NCBI GenBank assembly: GCA_018398765.1
Contig: JAHBMJ010000355.1
Span: forward strand, 62,001-126,000
Length of the DNA stretch: 64,000 bases
DNA from: Chromera velia
Lineage: Eukaryota
Direction of reading: 5' to 3'
The translations under genes were made by a program, and so were the position numbers. Numbering within the stretch: position 1 is the first letter of the stretch; each line of letters starts with the position of its first letter. The notes beneath the pieces were generated by a model. The model did no database searches, was not told where the DNA came from, and was given only the letters and a program-made list of their open reading frames with translations. Of the stretch, positions 63,891-64,000 are shown in pieces.

Positions 63891-64000
63891 GTGTGTGTGT
63901 GTGTGTGTAAACGTGTGTGTGTGTGCAGGTATGGTTGGTCCTTTGTTTTGGTGGAGGCGTCGTGCCGGCAGCGTTTGGAATCATCGTGACGACTGTGGAA
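54258..64000 (+). CDS. Major facilitator superfamily transporter (spinster/Spns-like) with a very large central cytoplasmic loop; 3'-partial
   Basis: Exons 54258-54392, 54544-54666, 55059-55283, 55847-55954, 56504-56540, 56769-56856, 57659-57692, 58262-58332, 58675-59222, 59852-60049, 60676-61062, 61384-61964, 62160-62329, 62773-62875, 63504-63725 and 63929->64000, phases consistent. Motifs LVQFDSGIVP, EAGLLGALPYIG, SRILIGMTQ, YGPVWVDEFAP, GVTFGYAIAG, WQFAVWLQ, LFFVLTGIQFWSTKYF, SAPVIGVIGGGILVDCAGGY, VWLVLCFGGGVVP. Confidence 0.85.

Noticed and set aside
1..64000. rRNA, tRNA, CRISPR arrays, prokaryotic operons or intact transposase/reverse-transcriptase genes
   Set aside because: None recognised by eye. 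Small ncRNAs cannot be excluded without tRNAscan-SE or Infernal.

Overview
Eukaryotic, intron-rich genomic DNA, not prokaryotic. The gene content (CDPK, TSP1+vWA adhesin), microsatellite-filled introns and GTNNGT donors suggest a chromerid alveolate such as Chromera velia (inference). Most ORFs in the supplied track are spurious microsatellite read-throughs, so I spliced genes by hand and checked splice phase at every junction. The window holds seven genes. (1) A >=25-exon minus-strand calcium-dependent protein kinase (14607 to <251) whose EF-hand domain splices in frame into a CstB/persulfide-dioxygenase-like metallo-beta-lactamase domain with a remodelled metal site; this is the most striking feature. 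(2) A HAD-like phosphatase. (3) A tandem alpha/beta-hydrolase with one dead and one intact domain. (4) A secreted coiled-coil/3xTSP1/vWA protein. (5) A GT31 galactosyltransferase. (6) A single-exon CUE-like/SIM/PUB/CAP protein. (7) A spinster-like MFS transporter running off the right edge. There is also a tandemly duplicated, frameshifted eEF3-like HEAT pseudogene and an LTR-like element. At least eight non-autonomous TIR elements lie in AT/TA-rich intergenic blocks; five have CTAGG ends and 8-bp TSDs, and their paired copies differ almost only by transitions. An 872-bp exact duplication around a single N (9523) is an assembly artefact.
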